From the IMG/VR virus record IMGVR_UViG_3300045988_055356: a stretch of 40,329 nucleotides of DNA; one strand, given 5' to 3'. Source of the DNA: a virus. Below are positions 16,001 through 23,341 of this stretch, in pieces. Position numbers and translations under genes: made by a program. Within the stretch, counting starts at the first letter, position 1. The number at the start of each line of letters is the position of its first letter. The notes beneath the pieces were generated by a model. The model saw nothing but the letters and a program-made list of their open reading frames with translations, made no database searches and was not told the origin of the DNA.

Positions 16001-16738
16001 ACCGTCTCCCATCGCTGTAAAAACGGCCTTGCTTTCCATTCCTCCACGGCCTAACGCCAAAAGACTTTCGCCGAATGAATTATTCAAACCCAACGTCTCT
16101 TTTAATTTGTCGCCATACGCAATTATTGCGTCGGACGCCTCCGTATAATTACCAACATTCAATTGATATTTTCCTGTTGCCTCTTGCAAACGTTTCATTT
16201 CCTCATATATTTCACGGGTTTGCTCAACTAATTTTCGCCCCTCCTCGGTGTTCTCTCGCTCGGCTTTCGTCATATTGTTGAGATAGATTTTATTAAGCGA
16301 ATATTGAGCTGATAATCTGTTATAACTACCCTCGGCGGATTGATTTATTTTTACAATAAGTTTGTTTATTTGGTTCGCCTCCTGCTGCGCCAACTTCAAT
16401 TCCGCCAACTTCTTTGCGTTTTCACTCTCCGCAAATGCCAAATCACGTTGCGCACGTGCCAAACGTTCTGCATCGTCTGCGGCTTTTTTGGTTGTGTTTC
16501 TGCCATCCTCGGTTGCTCCGGACACTTTTTGCAATATGGCCGTTAGTTGTATAGCTTCCGCCTTTATATTCCGTAATGCATTTGTGTATGTATCTGACAA
16601 TTCATCCAATTGCTTAATCAACTCAGTTATTGAATTATCCGGGCTAACAAGGTCGCTGTATTTTATCGGGTTATTGTTGTCTGCCATATCATTGTTATTT
16701 ATGTGTAATTTTATTTGTATTCGATTATTTTGTCGCAA
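13022..16738 (-). CDS. Tail tape measure protein.
   Basis: 1238 aa with long Q/E/K/A-rich coiled-coil stretches and hydrophobic segments (PVFLAIAGIAATGAAF, LGFPLAIPAIAVMWASFAA). It is the longest gene and sits upstream of the tail tip genes. The start may instead be ATG 16687 (MADNNNPIKY). Confidence 0.85.
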   Translation of the reverse strand: MRQNNRIQIKLHINNNDMADNNNPIKYSDLVSPDNSITELIKQLDELSDTYTNALRNIKAEAIQLTAILQKVSGATEDGRNTTKKAADDAERLARAQRDLAFAESENAKKLAELKLAQQEANQINKLIVKINQSAEGSYNRLSAQYSLNKIYLNNMTKAERENTEEGRKLVEQTREIYEEMKRLQEATGKYQLNVGNYTEASDAIIAYGDKLKETLGLNNSFGESLLALGRGGMESKAVFTAMGDGAKALGKTLLSLLSNPVFLAIAGIAATGAAFKWWYDYNAGVVEATRLTQQFTGKTGDDLQNFRNEVQAVADAFNADLKETLIATNALSQQFGISANEALQLVKDGFVAGGDANGEFLDTLKEYPAYFKEAGISADQFVAIVTQTNKMGIFSDKGVDAIKEANLRLREMTTATAAALEGIGISSEQVQKDLQSGTKTTFDVIQEVSAKLAELPDSATAVGTAIADIFGGPGEDAGLQYLRTLKDISTNMDDVKGKAGELGKLQEEQLQSQIELQNALSGLFDLTGGNFETLTTKAKVFVNQGLTAIIKGVIDVTNYFIELYNESVLIRAIWNAIVTGFKTSLDTLGNVFGFFIDIVKATGTALKGAFTLDFDEVKKGLSDYVHAYGNLLKAQVKDIADNVQEGLNGMQKKIKPITIPIAVSGGGTPQISQNKPITTNTPQIKSTGGGKRDTAADQAKQIEEAYKKNLEATRKLQDAQLQLETDEWEKRRKQTQYEHSRQIEDLQHQLQTEKDLNETGRQAINATITALEQRQTAELLKIEQDRQLQELALQKESIELRLQAVKAGSEQEKELRMQLLENERQTALLQNQQKPTGQQQDAGLINAGFDVKKSGIADEYLQAQLQIFDQQQALSQLEFDLLRNSEARKTQFRLQAEKERLQKILELNQQASNKLSDIEVQTMQNTIAKIDQEIEQSKGEERGKDIYGLFGLNLDENQKEAINTSMEYALDALNTFTEARVAAADAAVEQADKEVSAAQSALDAELEARANGYANNVVQAQKELDMAKKNQEKALKEQQKAQKQQAAIQTLQQIGNMVTASALIWSQLGFPLAIPAIAVMWASFAASKIKAAQLAKQTGGTRGMETYGDGTVELLQGGSHQSGNDIDLGTKSDGTRRRAEGGEFFAVINKRSSRRFRKIIPDVINSLNNGTFAHKYLDSFSGADGLTLNIRDQSPDLRNLSDDVREIKEQNRRRVYVDGDGNTIESYKNLKRKIKRL

Positions 16739-16782
16739 ACGTATAATTTACCACAAAGAATATTTAAACGCCTTAGACGGCT

Positions 16783-17556
16783 TTATTTTGCCGTTTTTCG
16801 CTTGTTTGCTTTTTTTGCTTGCTCTTTCATGTATTCAAAGGCATTGTAATACTCTAATGTGGTAAATTTTTTTGGCTCAACGTGCAAGTTCTGTGATAAT
16901 ATCAGACACATATTTTCAAATTGTCGGTCTTGCCTCACTTCTACGCTGTCAGACCCGCTGAATATCTGCGGGTTGAAATACGTTATCAGTTCCGCCGTGA
17001 TGTCGTCAATCTCTTTTGCGTCCGCCTCGGTTGCCCGACCGCCTATTATTGTGCGTAATACAACAATGGTTCTCTGCTTTAATTTGTCGTAATACTCTTT
17101 TAACGTCGCATCATCAAACAACCGGGGAAAATACAAACGCAATTCATCGTCTATTTTTTTTTTAACCACCTCCAATTGGGCGGTTATCTCCGAATGTGGC
17201 ACGTTTGCAAATAGGTTGATTATTTTCTGCAATCCGTCGTCTGACAAATCATCACATGGCTTTCCGTCAATAGAATTTACCAATACGGCAAATGCCATGT
17301 ACCGGGGCGAAATCTCCAACTGAATGAGATAAACGTTTTGTCGCAAATTCTGCAACTCTGCAATTGCTAAATCCGGCGTCTTTGCACCCGCATATCTCAT
17401 TGCCTTTTCAATATGTCTGTCAAAGTCTGCCAAATCGGAACCAACCCCGGCGTCAACTAACAACATTTTATTGTATTTATGGAACCTAATAATTGGCAAA
17501 TCCTCGATTGAATCATACAACTCAACGTTCATTCCTTTTATCTGTACCGTTTTCAT
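16783..17556 (-). CDS. Hypothetical protein in the tail assembly chaperone position.
   Basis: I chose the start at ATG 17556 (MKTVQIKG) because it forms an ATGA overlap with the stop of the upstream ORF. The ORF track extends to 17586. No frameshift partner ORF was seen. Confidence 0.45.
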   Translation of the reverse strand: MKTVQIKGMNVELYDSIEDLPIIRFHKYNKMLLVDAGVGSDLADFDRHIEKAMRYAGAKTPDLAIAELQNLRQNVYLIQLEISPRYMAFAVLVNSIDGKPCDDLSDDGLQKIINLFANVPHSEITAQLEVVKKKIDDELRLYFPRLFDDATLKEYYDKLKQRTIVVLRTIIGGRATEADAKEIDDITAELITYFNPQIFSGSDSVEVRQDRQFENMCLILSQNLHVEPKKFTTLEYYNAFEYMKEQAKKANKRKTAK

Positions 17557-17807
17557 AGCAACCCCCTTGTTATCATCGTACTGCAAAACGGAACCCCCAA
17601 AAATACGGTGTTCCCGGTCAACACAAACGCAATAAGGCTAATCAATACACATGTCCACCACGACAAACAAAAATCACAATTGAACATCTTTGCGAAAAAT
17701 TCGTTTCCATGAACTTGGACCCATTCAATTACGCCCCATTTACGCAATAAAGTTAACAGAAATGCTGCTAACAATGCTACTACTATAATGTAATCAATAT
17801 AATTCAT
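17553..17807 (-). CDS. Small two-TM membrane protein with an FNCDFCLSWW motif, embedded in the tail morphogenesis module.
   Basis: 84 aa with two clear hydrophobic helices and a CxxC motif at the start of helix 2. Its stop is coupled to the next gene by an ATGA overlap. Confidence 0.5.
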   Translation of the reverse strand: MNYIDYIIVVALLAAFLLTLLRKWGVIEWVQVHGNEFFAKMFNCDFCLSWWTCVLISLIAFVLTGNTVFLGVPFCSTMITRGLL

Positions 17808-17818
17808 AATTATTTAAT

Positions 17819-18397
17819 TTATAATTTACATGTTTCGCCAATACTCAATTCGCCTTCAAAACGGAATCCGCCGAACGGGTGCATTAAGAATTGATTATCG
17901 ATTTCATCTAACGAAAAGCCACGGTAAATATTTTCCGCCAATTCGTAAACCTTATTTATCTTATATCCCCCGTTACGCAACCAAAAACCGCCATTCAAAA
18001 CGTCTAATATTTGTCGTTTCAGATCCTCCTTGTTGCGGTTGTTTGCATCATTGTGTATTTTTCGGTAATCAAACCAAAAGATAATCGAAAACGCCGTTTT
18101 TATCCCAATATCAACACCGGGTTCCCAACTTATGTCTTGCGGGTCGTTAACCCAAAAAAAACAGAAATTACCAATATTTGCATCCGGCGTTACTTCCATA
18201 TAATCGTTATTGCCGGAATAAACATTTGGCGTATAATATCGCTTTTGGTTCCCGTCGTATTTAACAAGTCTTTCAGCCCTGCCAAATGCAAAGTCCAACC
18301 ACGGCAAATTATCAACCAATCCATTTTGTATATTCCCAATTATCCGGTCTAACAATTCCGGGTTGTCAATAACCGGGGCTTTTACGCTATCTGCCAT
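17819..18397 (-). CDS. Virion structural/neck protein (by position).
   Basis: 192-aa ORF that overlaps the upstream gene by 11 nt. No motif recognised. Confidence 0.45.
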   Translation of the reverse strand: MADSVKAPVIDNPELLDRIIGNIQNGLVDNLPWLDFAFGRAERLVKYDGNQKRYYTPNVYSGNNDYMEVTPDANIGNFCFFWVNDPQDISWEPGVDIGIKTAFSIIFWFDYRKIHNDANNRNKEDLKRQILDVLNGGFWLRNGGYKINKVYELAENIYRGFSLDEIDNQFLMHPFGGFRFEGELSIGETCKL

Positions 18398-18854
18398 AAA
18401 TTTGTGTTTTAGCTTCGTTAATCAAATCCGGATAAATATATTGCCATATCAATATTGCAATGTTTTCATCCGTTAATCCTAATATCTGACGTCCGTATTT
18501 CCTTATCAAATCTTCGGTCTTAAAGTCAGACGCCCTTATTTCAAATTGCTTGTCTCCGACTTCCAAAAAAAAGCTACTTTCAAAATCGCCCTCATCCCTT
18601 AACGTTACCCGGTTTGTCGGCTGTCCCTTGGCCTCCTTTATCGCTATTGTAACCGGGCTATAAGGCGCATAATCCGCAATTTCGACGCCCAAACGGTTAA
18701 TTCCTTGTTCATACAATTGTTCCTCTGCGTTTAAATCTACAATATACGCTTCGTTGTCCCATATAATATTTTGGATTAGCCGTCCGGACGTCAAAGCCTC
18801 GTTGAAATTCGCAACCCTATTTCGCAAGTCGGTTATTTGCTTCATAATGTACAA
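18387..18854 (-). CDS. Putative head-tail joining / virion morphogenesis protein.
   Basis: 155 aa. The RVTLRDEGDFESSFF segment resembles the (L/T)LRDTGxLxxS signature of the virion-morphogenesis/tail-completion families. This is a weak assignment made by eye. Confidence 0.4.
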   Translation of the reverse strand: MYIMKQITDLRNRVANFNEALTSGRLIQNIIWDNEAYIVDLNAEEQLYEQGINRLGVEIADYAPYSPVTIAIKEAKGQPTNRVTLRDEGDFESSFFLEVGDKQFEIRASDFKTEDLIRKYGRQILGLTDENIAILIWQYIYPDLINEAKTQIYGR

Positions 18855-18898
18855 TTTTTGCGTGAAATTATATACAACTTTCCCTTTGAATTATATAA

Positions 18899-20239
18899 TT
18901 ACACTGTTCTGTACCTCACACCTCTATTGTTGCAACTTAAACATATACGGTCTAACCCCTGCGTGTCAATGTTCAATGCTTGATATGCCTTTTTTAAGTC
19001 ATATCCCAATCCGCCGGGACGTACTCCGGACGTGTTTCCGTCTAGCTCATACAATATGTCTGTACGGCTTGCGTTAGACTGATTGCGGTTAATCCTTACA
19101 TTTGGGTTCATCGCTAATGTTCTTAACGCAATTGCGGCTACTTGTCTTTGTATGACGGTTTGAAATATATTCTTTTGCGAAATTATAAAGTCTGTCAAAT
19201 CGCAACCAATAGTAAATTCGCAATTCAACCCGTAATTTTGTGTACGAGTATACATCATGTATGCAATATCCCATAACTCCGGATATTCTGCGAACGTTTC
19301 CGCTGCATGATACATAAATGGCGTTACTTGCAAATACTTAGTCAATTCACGCCACAATTGTACGGAACCAATGTTGCATGTGCCACACGGTTCTCGGCTC
19401 CAATCTTTTGACACATTTATTGCCTCCATGCCTGCGGGTAACTCGTCTTGGTTATAACATAGATACCACGCCCCCCCGGCGTTATTCCCGTCGCTGATAT
19501 AAGGCAAATAGCAATCAGTCACCGGGAACCACTGAAAGCCTCCATTTGTGACGGTAAAATCTAAATCAAACGTCTTTATTGGGTCTATCTGTGACGAATG
19601 AAATAGGTACATCTTTACAATTCCAGTTCCTCCGGTCATTTGCAAACCAATACGTTCAATTTTCATGGTTACGCCCATTGAGCGCACCGGGACAATTTCG
19701 AAGCCAACCAATTTATGATTGTTGCGTAACGTTGCCCGTATGCGTCCGGCACCATCAAAAAATGTCTTACGCTCCAATAAATTACGTGTTTCCTTGTCTA
19801 ACTGCTTTATCTGCGTAAATGTCTGTATGGCTGTCGCAATTCCGTTTCGGCTCATTCTCTCCAAATAGTCCGACAACATATTGTATGGTTTCCAATATGG
19901 GTCCCCGTAATCCTCACGGCTGTAATCGTTATTAGAATTGCTCGCCGTCGGTTCCTCTCCGGTATTATCAATCTTTGCAATCCAAACAATATTATTATGA
20001 CGTACTTTTTGCCCTGCTTTGTATGGTATAATGATATTCCATTCCGGGTATTGCAACCCCCAATCATCCGGCATAATCGACGACATGTTATCTAACGTCA
20101 AAAGCGGGTGCGCACCTTGAAAGTACAACCCGCTCTCTGTTTGTGTCAGATCTGCGTCAATTGCTTTTGCCGGGTCAAAAGATTGTTCCCACCCGACAAC
20201 GTGCAACAATGCATCTTGTATCTCTTTAATTCTGTACAT
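18899..20239 (-). CDS. Large conserved structural-module protein of unknown function.
   Basis: 446-aa ORF directly after the MCP terminator. It is Cys-containing (CGTCN, CLSCNNRG). No family recognised. Confidence 0.55.
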   Translation of the reverse strand: MYRIKEIQDALLHVVGWEQSFDPAKAIDADLTQTESGLYFQGAHPLLTLDNMSSIMPDDWGLQYPEWNIIIPYKAGQKVRHNNIVWIAKIDNTGEEPTASNSNNDYSREDYGDPYWKPYNMLSDYLERMSRNGIATAIQTFTQIKQLDKETRNLLERKTFFDGAGRIRATLRNNHKLVGFEIVPVRSMGVTMKIERIGLQMTGGTGIVKMYLFHSSQIDPIKTFDLDFTVTNGGFQWFPVTDCYLPYISDGNNAGGAWYLCYNQDELPAGMEAINVSKDWSREPCGTCNIGSVQLWRELTKYLQVTPFMYHAAETFAEYPELWDIAYMMYTRTQNYGLNCEFTIGCDLTDFIISQKNIFQTVIQRQVAAIALRTLAMNPNVRINRNQSNASRTDILYELDGNTSGVRPGGLGYDLKKAYQALNIDTQGLDRICLSCNNRGVRYRTV

Positions 20240-20284
20240 AATTATTGATTTTCTACTGCAAATGAAATTCGTGTAATGCTGTCT

Positions 20285-20309
20285 ACCGTAACAACCAAAT
20301 TGTTACGGT
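20285..20309 (-). promoter_or_regulatory. 9-bp stem-loop in the 178-nt gap between the MCP gene and the 446-aa gene.
   Basis: accgtaaca / tgttacggt with a 7-nt loop. No U tract follows it on the minus strand. Confidence 0.3.
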
Positions 20310-20364
20310 CTTGTTTGCCGCGTCTGTCTTGATTGATACCAACGTTTCCATAGTTCTATAAATT

Positions 20365-20395
20365 AAAAAAGGGACGGGGGATTTTCCCCGCCCCC
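20365..20395 (-). terminator. Strong rho-independent terminator just downstream of the major capsid gene.
   Basis: The minus strand reads GGGGCGGGG-AAAATC-CCCCGTCCC (9 bp including one G-U pair) followed by TTTTTT, 23 nt after the stop at 20418. Confidence 0.75.
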
Positions 20396-20417
20396 ATGTG
20401 TTAAACTTAACTGACAA

Positions 20418-21530
20418 TTACGCGGTCTGTGTAAAGATTGGCGTCTTTTCCGAATTGGTGACATATACGGGCATACCCAATGGCACATTTTCGGCACGTG
20501 CGGCAATCTGTGCTTTGATAATCGGATTTGCTACGGTTTCCGTGTCGCTGTTGTATGCGATAATAAACGCGACGTCAACGCTGAATCCGAAATACTCCTT
20601 AACGTTACATGTCATGTCCGCACTTGCTGCGCCCGCAATCTGCGATTGGTCGCCTACAGCTGTGTAATAATGCGAACCAACGGGCAAATCAATGTACGGC
20701 AAACGTACAACGTCCCATTCGTGGAAATTGGCACGTGTACGGCGCAATGCCTCACGGTCAACACGTGTTAACACGCCAACATTTCCGTCCTCTACGGCAA
20801 AGAATGTGCCGTTTTTGCCCACTTCGTTAACAACGTTATTTGTGTAATGGAACACCTTGTTGTCATACTCCATGCGCTTGTTGACGTCGTTGTAAATTCC
20901 GTGCTGTGCCAATTTATTAATTAGGCTATCAATGCCCGCATTACCGACAATATGCACCATACGTGGGTAACAATTCGCCCTCATCATCGGGTTAATGTCG
21001 CCCATAATCTCGGTTGCCATCTGTGTTGGCACCTCAATAACGTTTGTAGTGAAATTGTAATTCAATTTGTCTTTCAGCAATTGAGTTTTCCCAGCTTCCA
21101 ATGCCGTAACGGCTGCTTTGTCGAGAGAATCCGCCAATGCACGGCAATTCTTTTCCATCTTACGGTTGAAGTCATGTTCATACGATATTTCGTTGTTCAT
21201 ATACAACGACGGAACCATTGTAAAACCGATTGCGTATGTTGCCCATACAACCGTGTAAAGTGCTGACGTGTTTTCATCATCCGCAATAACACACGAACGA
21301 ACGTTGCTAACGGTAACATCGCTATCATAATTGATAACTGGAACTTGTACCGTATTGCCAATTGAGGCAAACGCACGTTCACGCAATTTTGGCGACAATA
21401 TAGAATTTGCGGCGTTGGTCTGTTCAATGAAAAAATCCAATGCGCCATACTCACACGGGCGGGTCATGTTACGGTCTAGCTCCGGGTTTTCAACTCGCCA
21501 ATTCTGTAATCTTGTTGCAATTAAACTCAT
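20418..21530 (-). CDS. Major capsid protein (HK97-fold expected).
   Basis: 370 aa, immediately after a scaffold-like gene and followed by a strong terminator. The size and position are typical. No motif-level proof. Confidence 0.7.
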   Translation of the reverse strand: MSLIATRLQNWRVENPELDRNMTRPCEYGALDFFIEQTNAANSILSPKLRERAFASIGNTVQVPVINYDSDVTVSNVRSCVIADDENTSALYTVVWATYAIGFTMVPSLYMNNEISYEHDFNRKMEKNCRALADSLDKAAVTALEAGKTQLLKDKLNYNFTTNVIEVPTQMATEIMGDINPMMRANCYPRMVHIVGNAGIDSLINKLAQHGIYNDVNKRMEYDNKVFHYTNNVVNEVGKNGTFFAVEDGNVGVLTRVDREALRRTRANFHEWDVVRLPYIDLPVGSHYYTAVGDQSQIAGAASADMTCNVKEYFGFSVDVAFIIAYNSDTETVANPIIKAQIAARAENVPLGMPVYVTNSEKTPIFTQTA

Positions 21531-21560
21531 AGTTAATTAATTTTTAAATTGTTATTAAAT

Positions 21561-21580
21561 GCGGGTGTCCCTTGCCCGTG
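21561..21580 (-). promoter_or_regulatory. Conserved stem-loop motif, copy A (CGGG-CAAGGGACA-CCCG), about 30 nt upstream of the MCP ATG.
   Basis: Shares GGGCAA(A)GGGACA with copy B at 25861-25883. Both copies can fold into a 4-bp GC stem with a 9-nt loop. Confidence 0.4.
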
Positions 21581-21581
21581 A

Positions 21582-22532
21582 TTATCTTTCCGGTAATTTG
21601 GATATGTTATTGTCTTTCCACGCTTGTTTCATCGCATCGTCAAACTCCTTTGAACCATTCAACATGCCTTGCTGCATAAGTGATTTGGCAATAATTTCAT
21701 AGGCTTCATCCCTTGTTTTGGCACCGCTGACTTCAAAGGTAACATCCTTTCCGCCTCCATTTCCTCCCACGGGTGGATTTGTTCCAGCTCCCGTCTGCTG
21801 CCTTGGCTTCTCCAATACTCCCATGCTGTCCAATTCCTTTGTCAGCAATTCAGCGGGCGTAAACGGGTTTAACTGATTATTCGGGTTGCGCATAATTGCG
21901 CCGCTCGCATCTTTAAACGCCAAAATCTTTCCGCCGTTGCCGTCGTCTATATATTCCGGGTCCATACCTTTTACTTTCTCGGTTGCCTGCGCCAAAATAA
22001 CCTTTGTGACGCTGCCCGGAAAACCGGATTTGAATTTAATCCCGGCGGCTGCTGTCTGCAATGCGTTGTCAATTCTTACTCCGAACAACTCTTTTTCGTG
22101 GTTTGCCTTTTCCGTATCATACTTGGTTGTCAACTCGGTAAACTGCGTTGTTACGTTTTGCAAATCTGCCTTTGCCTGCTTCAATGCTTTCACGGTCTCT
22201 GCATCTGCCGCACCATCGGCAATAGCTTTTTCCAAACGTGTTTTTTCCTTGGTCAATGAATCAATCTGCGATTGCAGCCCGTTTGCGCTATCGGCTTTTG
22301 TTTTCATTTCGCCCATTACACGTTTTGCGTAATCATACGTTTTTTCAGTTCCGTTTTTGGTAATACCGGACACTTCCAATATGTCGGCGTCTAACGCTCC
22401 GTATATTTCGCCCGTTTTCTTGGCAATGACGCTGTTTTCGTCGTTCTGTGACAATGTTGTAATCGCTGTTATCTGTTCATCCGTCAGACCGGATAATGCC
22501 GCATTTGCTGTTAAGATCTCTCTCGTTAACAT
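21582..22532 (-). CDS. Scaffolding-like coiled-coil protein (GP20-like).
   Basis: 316 aa with a long alpha-helical, coiled-coil-type sequence (QSQIDSLTKEKTRLEKAIADGAADAETVKALKQAKADLQ). It sits directly upstream of the MCP gene. Confidence 0.55.
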   Translation of the reverse strand: MLTREILTANAALSGLTDEQITAITTLSQNDENSVIAKKTGEIYGALDADILEVSGITKNGTEKTYDYAKRVMGEMKTKADSANGLQSQIDSLTKEKTRLEKAIADGAADAETVKALKQAKADLQNVTTQFTELTTKYDTEKANHEKELFGVRIDNALQTAAAGIKFKSGFPGSVTKVILAQATEKVKGMDPEYIDDGNGGKILAFKDASGAIMRNPNNQLNPFTPAELLTKELDSMGVLEKPRQQTGAGTNPPVGGNGGGKDVTFEVSGAKTRDEAYEIIAKSLMQQGMLNGSKEFDDAMKQAWKDNNISKLPER

Positions 22533-22550
22533 AATTCTTTCCCTTTGAAT

Positions 22551-22823
22551 TTAATTAAGTGCAATTGCTTCAATTGACGCACTATTTGCGTTTACAATGT
22601 AGATTGTGTATTTCGGCGCATCCTCGCTTGTTGTATCTACTAACCAACTAACGACCTTTGCATGGCTGATTTTGTTTTCAACTTCTTTTGTTACCAACAC
22701 GACGTCGGCAATTGTGCCGCCCTTAATACATTCAATCAACTTGTTCTTTGTGTCGCCGTCTAATGTTGCGGCGGTCGTGGTTACTTCAATAACCAAATTG
22801 TCCTGCTGTGCAATCTGTGCCAT
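22551..22823 (-). CDS. Hypothetical head-module protein.
   Basis: 90-aa ORF between the portal-proximal and scaffold genes. Confidence 0.5.
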   Translation of the reverse strand: MAQIAQQDNLVIEVTTTAATLDGDTKNKLIECIKGGTIADVVLVTKEVENKISHAKVVSWLVDTTSEDAPKYTIYIVNANSASIEAIALN

Positions 22824-22840
22824 AATTGTATTTTTTATTG

Positions 22841-23341
22841 TTAAACTTTCTCGTTACTTTCCGGTGTTTCGGTTGCCGTTTCTTCTGTCTTTTCGGCTTT
22901 CGGTTTTCGTCCGGGTCTCTTTGTCTCTTCCGGGATAACTCCGGCGGCTTTCAGTTCTGCAATAATTTCCGCTTTCATTTGCTCAAGTTCTGCCGCTTTT
23001 GCTTCTGCTGCCGCCTTTGCCTCTGCCTCTGCCTTGGCTCGTTTGTTTGCCTCAATCTTTTCTTTGTTTGCTGCCTCCCAAACGTTCGGGTCATGTAAGA
23101 TGTCTACTCTAAAACCCTGCTTTCTCAAATCATGCAAACCAAATGTCTCAAAGTATTTCTTTCCGAAAACTTGAATACGTGGTTTGGATAACCTTTCCCC
23201 GGTCTCTCCGTGGAATTTGACGACCTCAATTCGGCAATGATAACAATTTTCTTCCCCTTTTGGGACAATGAAGTTTTCCGGGGTAACGTCCAATAATCCG
23301 ACGTCCTTAGTCTTACCCTCAATTTCTGTTTTCACTCGCAT
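22841..23341 (-). CDS. Hypothetical head-module protein with an (A/E/K)-rich low-complexity segment.
   Basis: 166 aa with an AKAEAEAKAAAEAKAAELEQMKAE segment. It overlaps the portal 3' end by 23 nt. Confidence 0.5.
   Translation of the reverse strand: MRVKTEIEGKTKDVGLLDVTPENFIVPKGEENCYHCRIEVVKFHGETGERLSKPRIQVFGKKYFETFGLHDLRKQGFRVDILHDPNVWEAANKEKIEANKRAKAEAEAKAAAEAKAAELEQMKAEIIAELKAAGVIPEETKRPGRKPKAEKTEETATETPESNEKV

Noticed and set aside
16739-17586. A programmed -1 frameshift (G/GT-type) in the tail assembly chaperone upstream of the tape measure.
   Set aside because: No overlapping downstream ORF in the -1 or +1 frame and no obvious slippery heptamer were found at the 3' end of 16783..17556. 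A 44-95 nt gap separates it from the TMP start.
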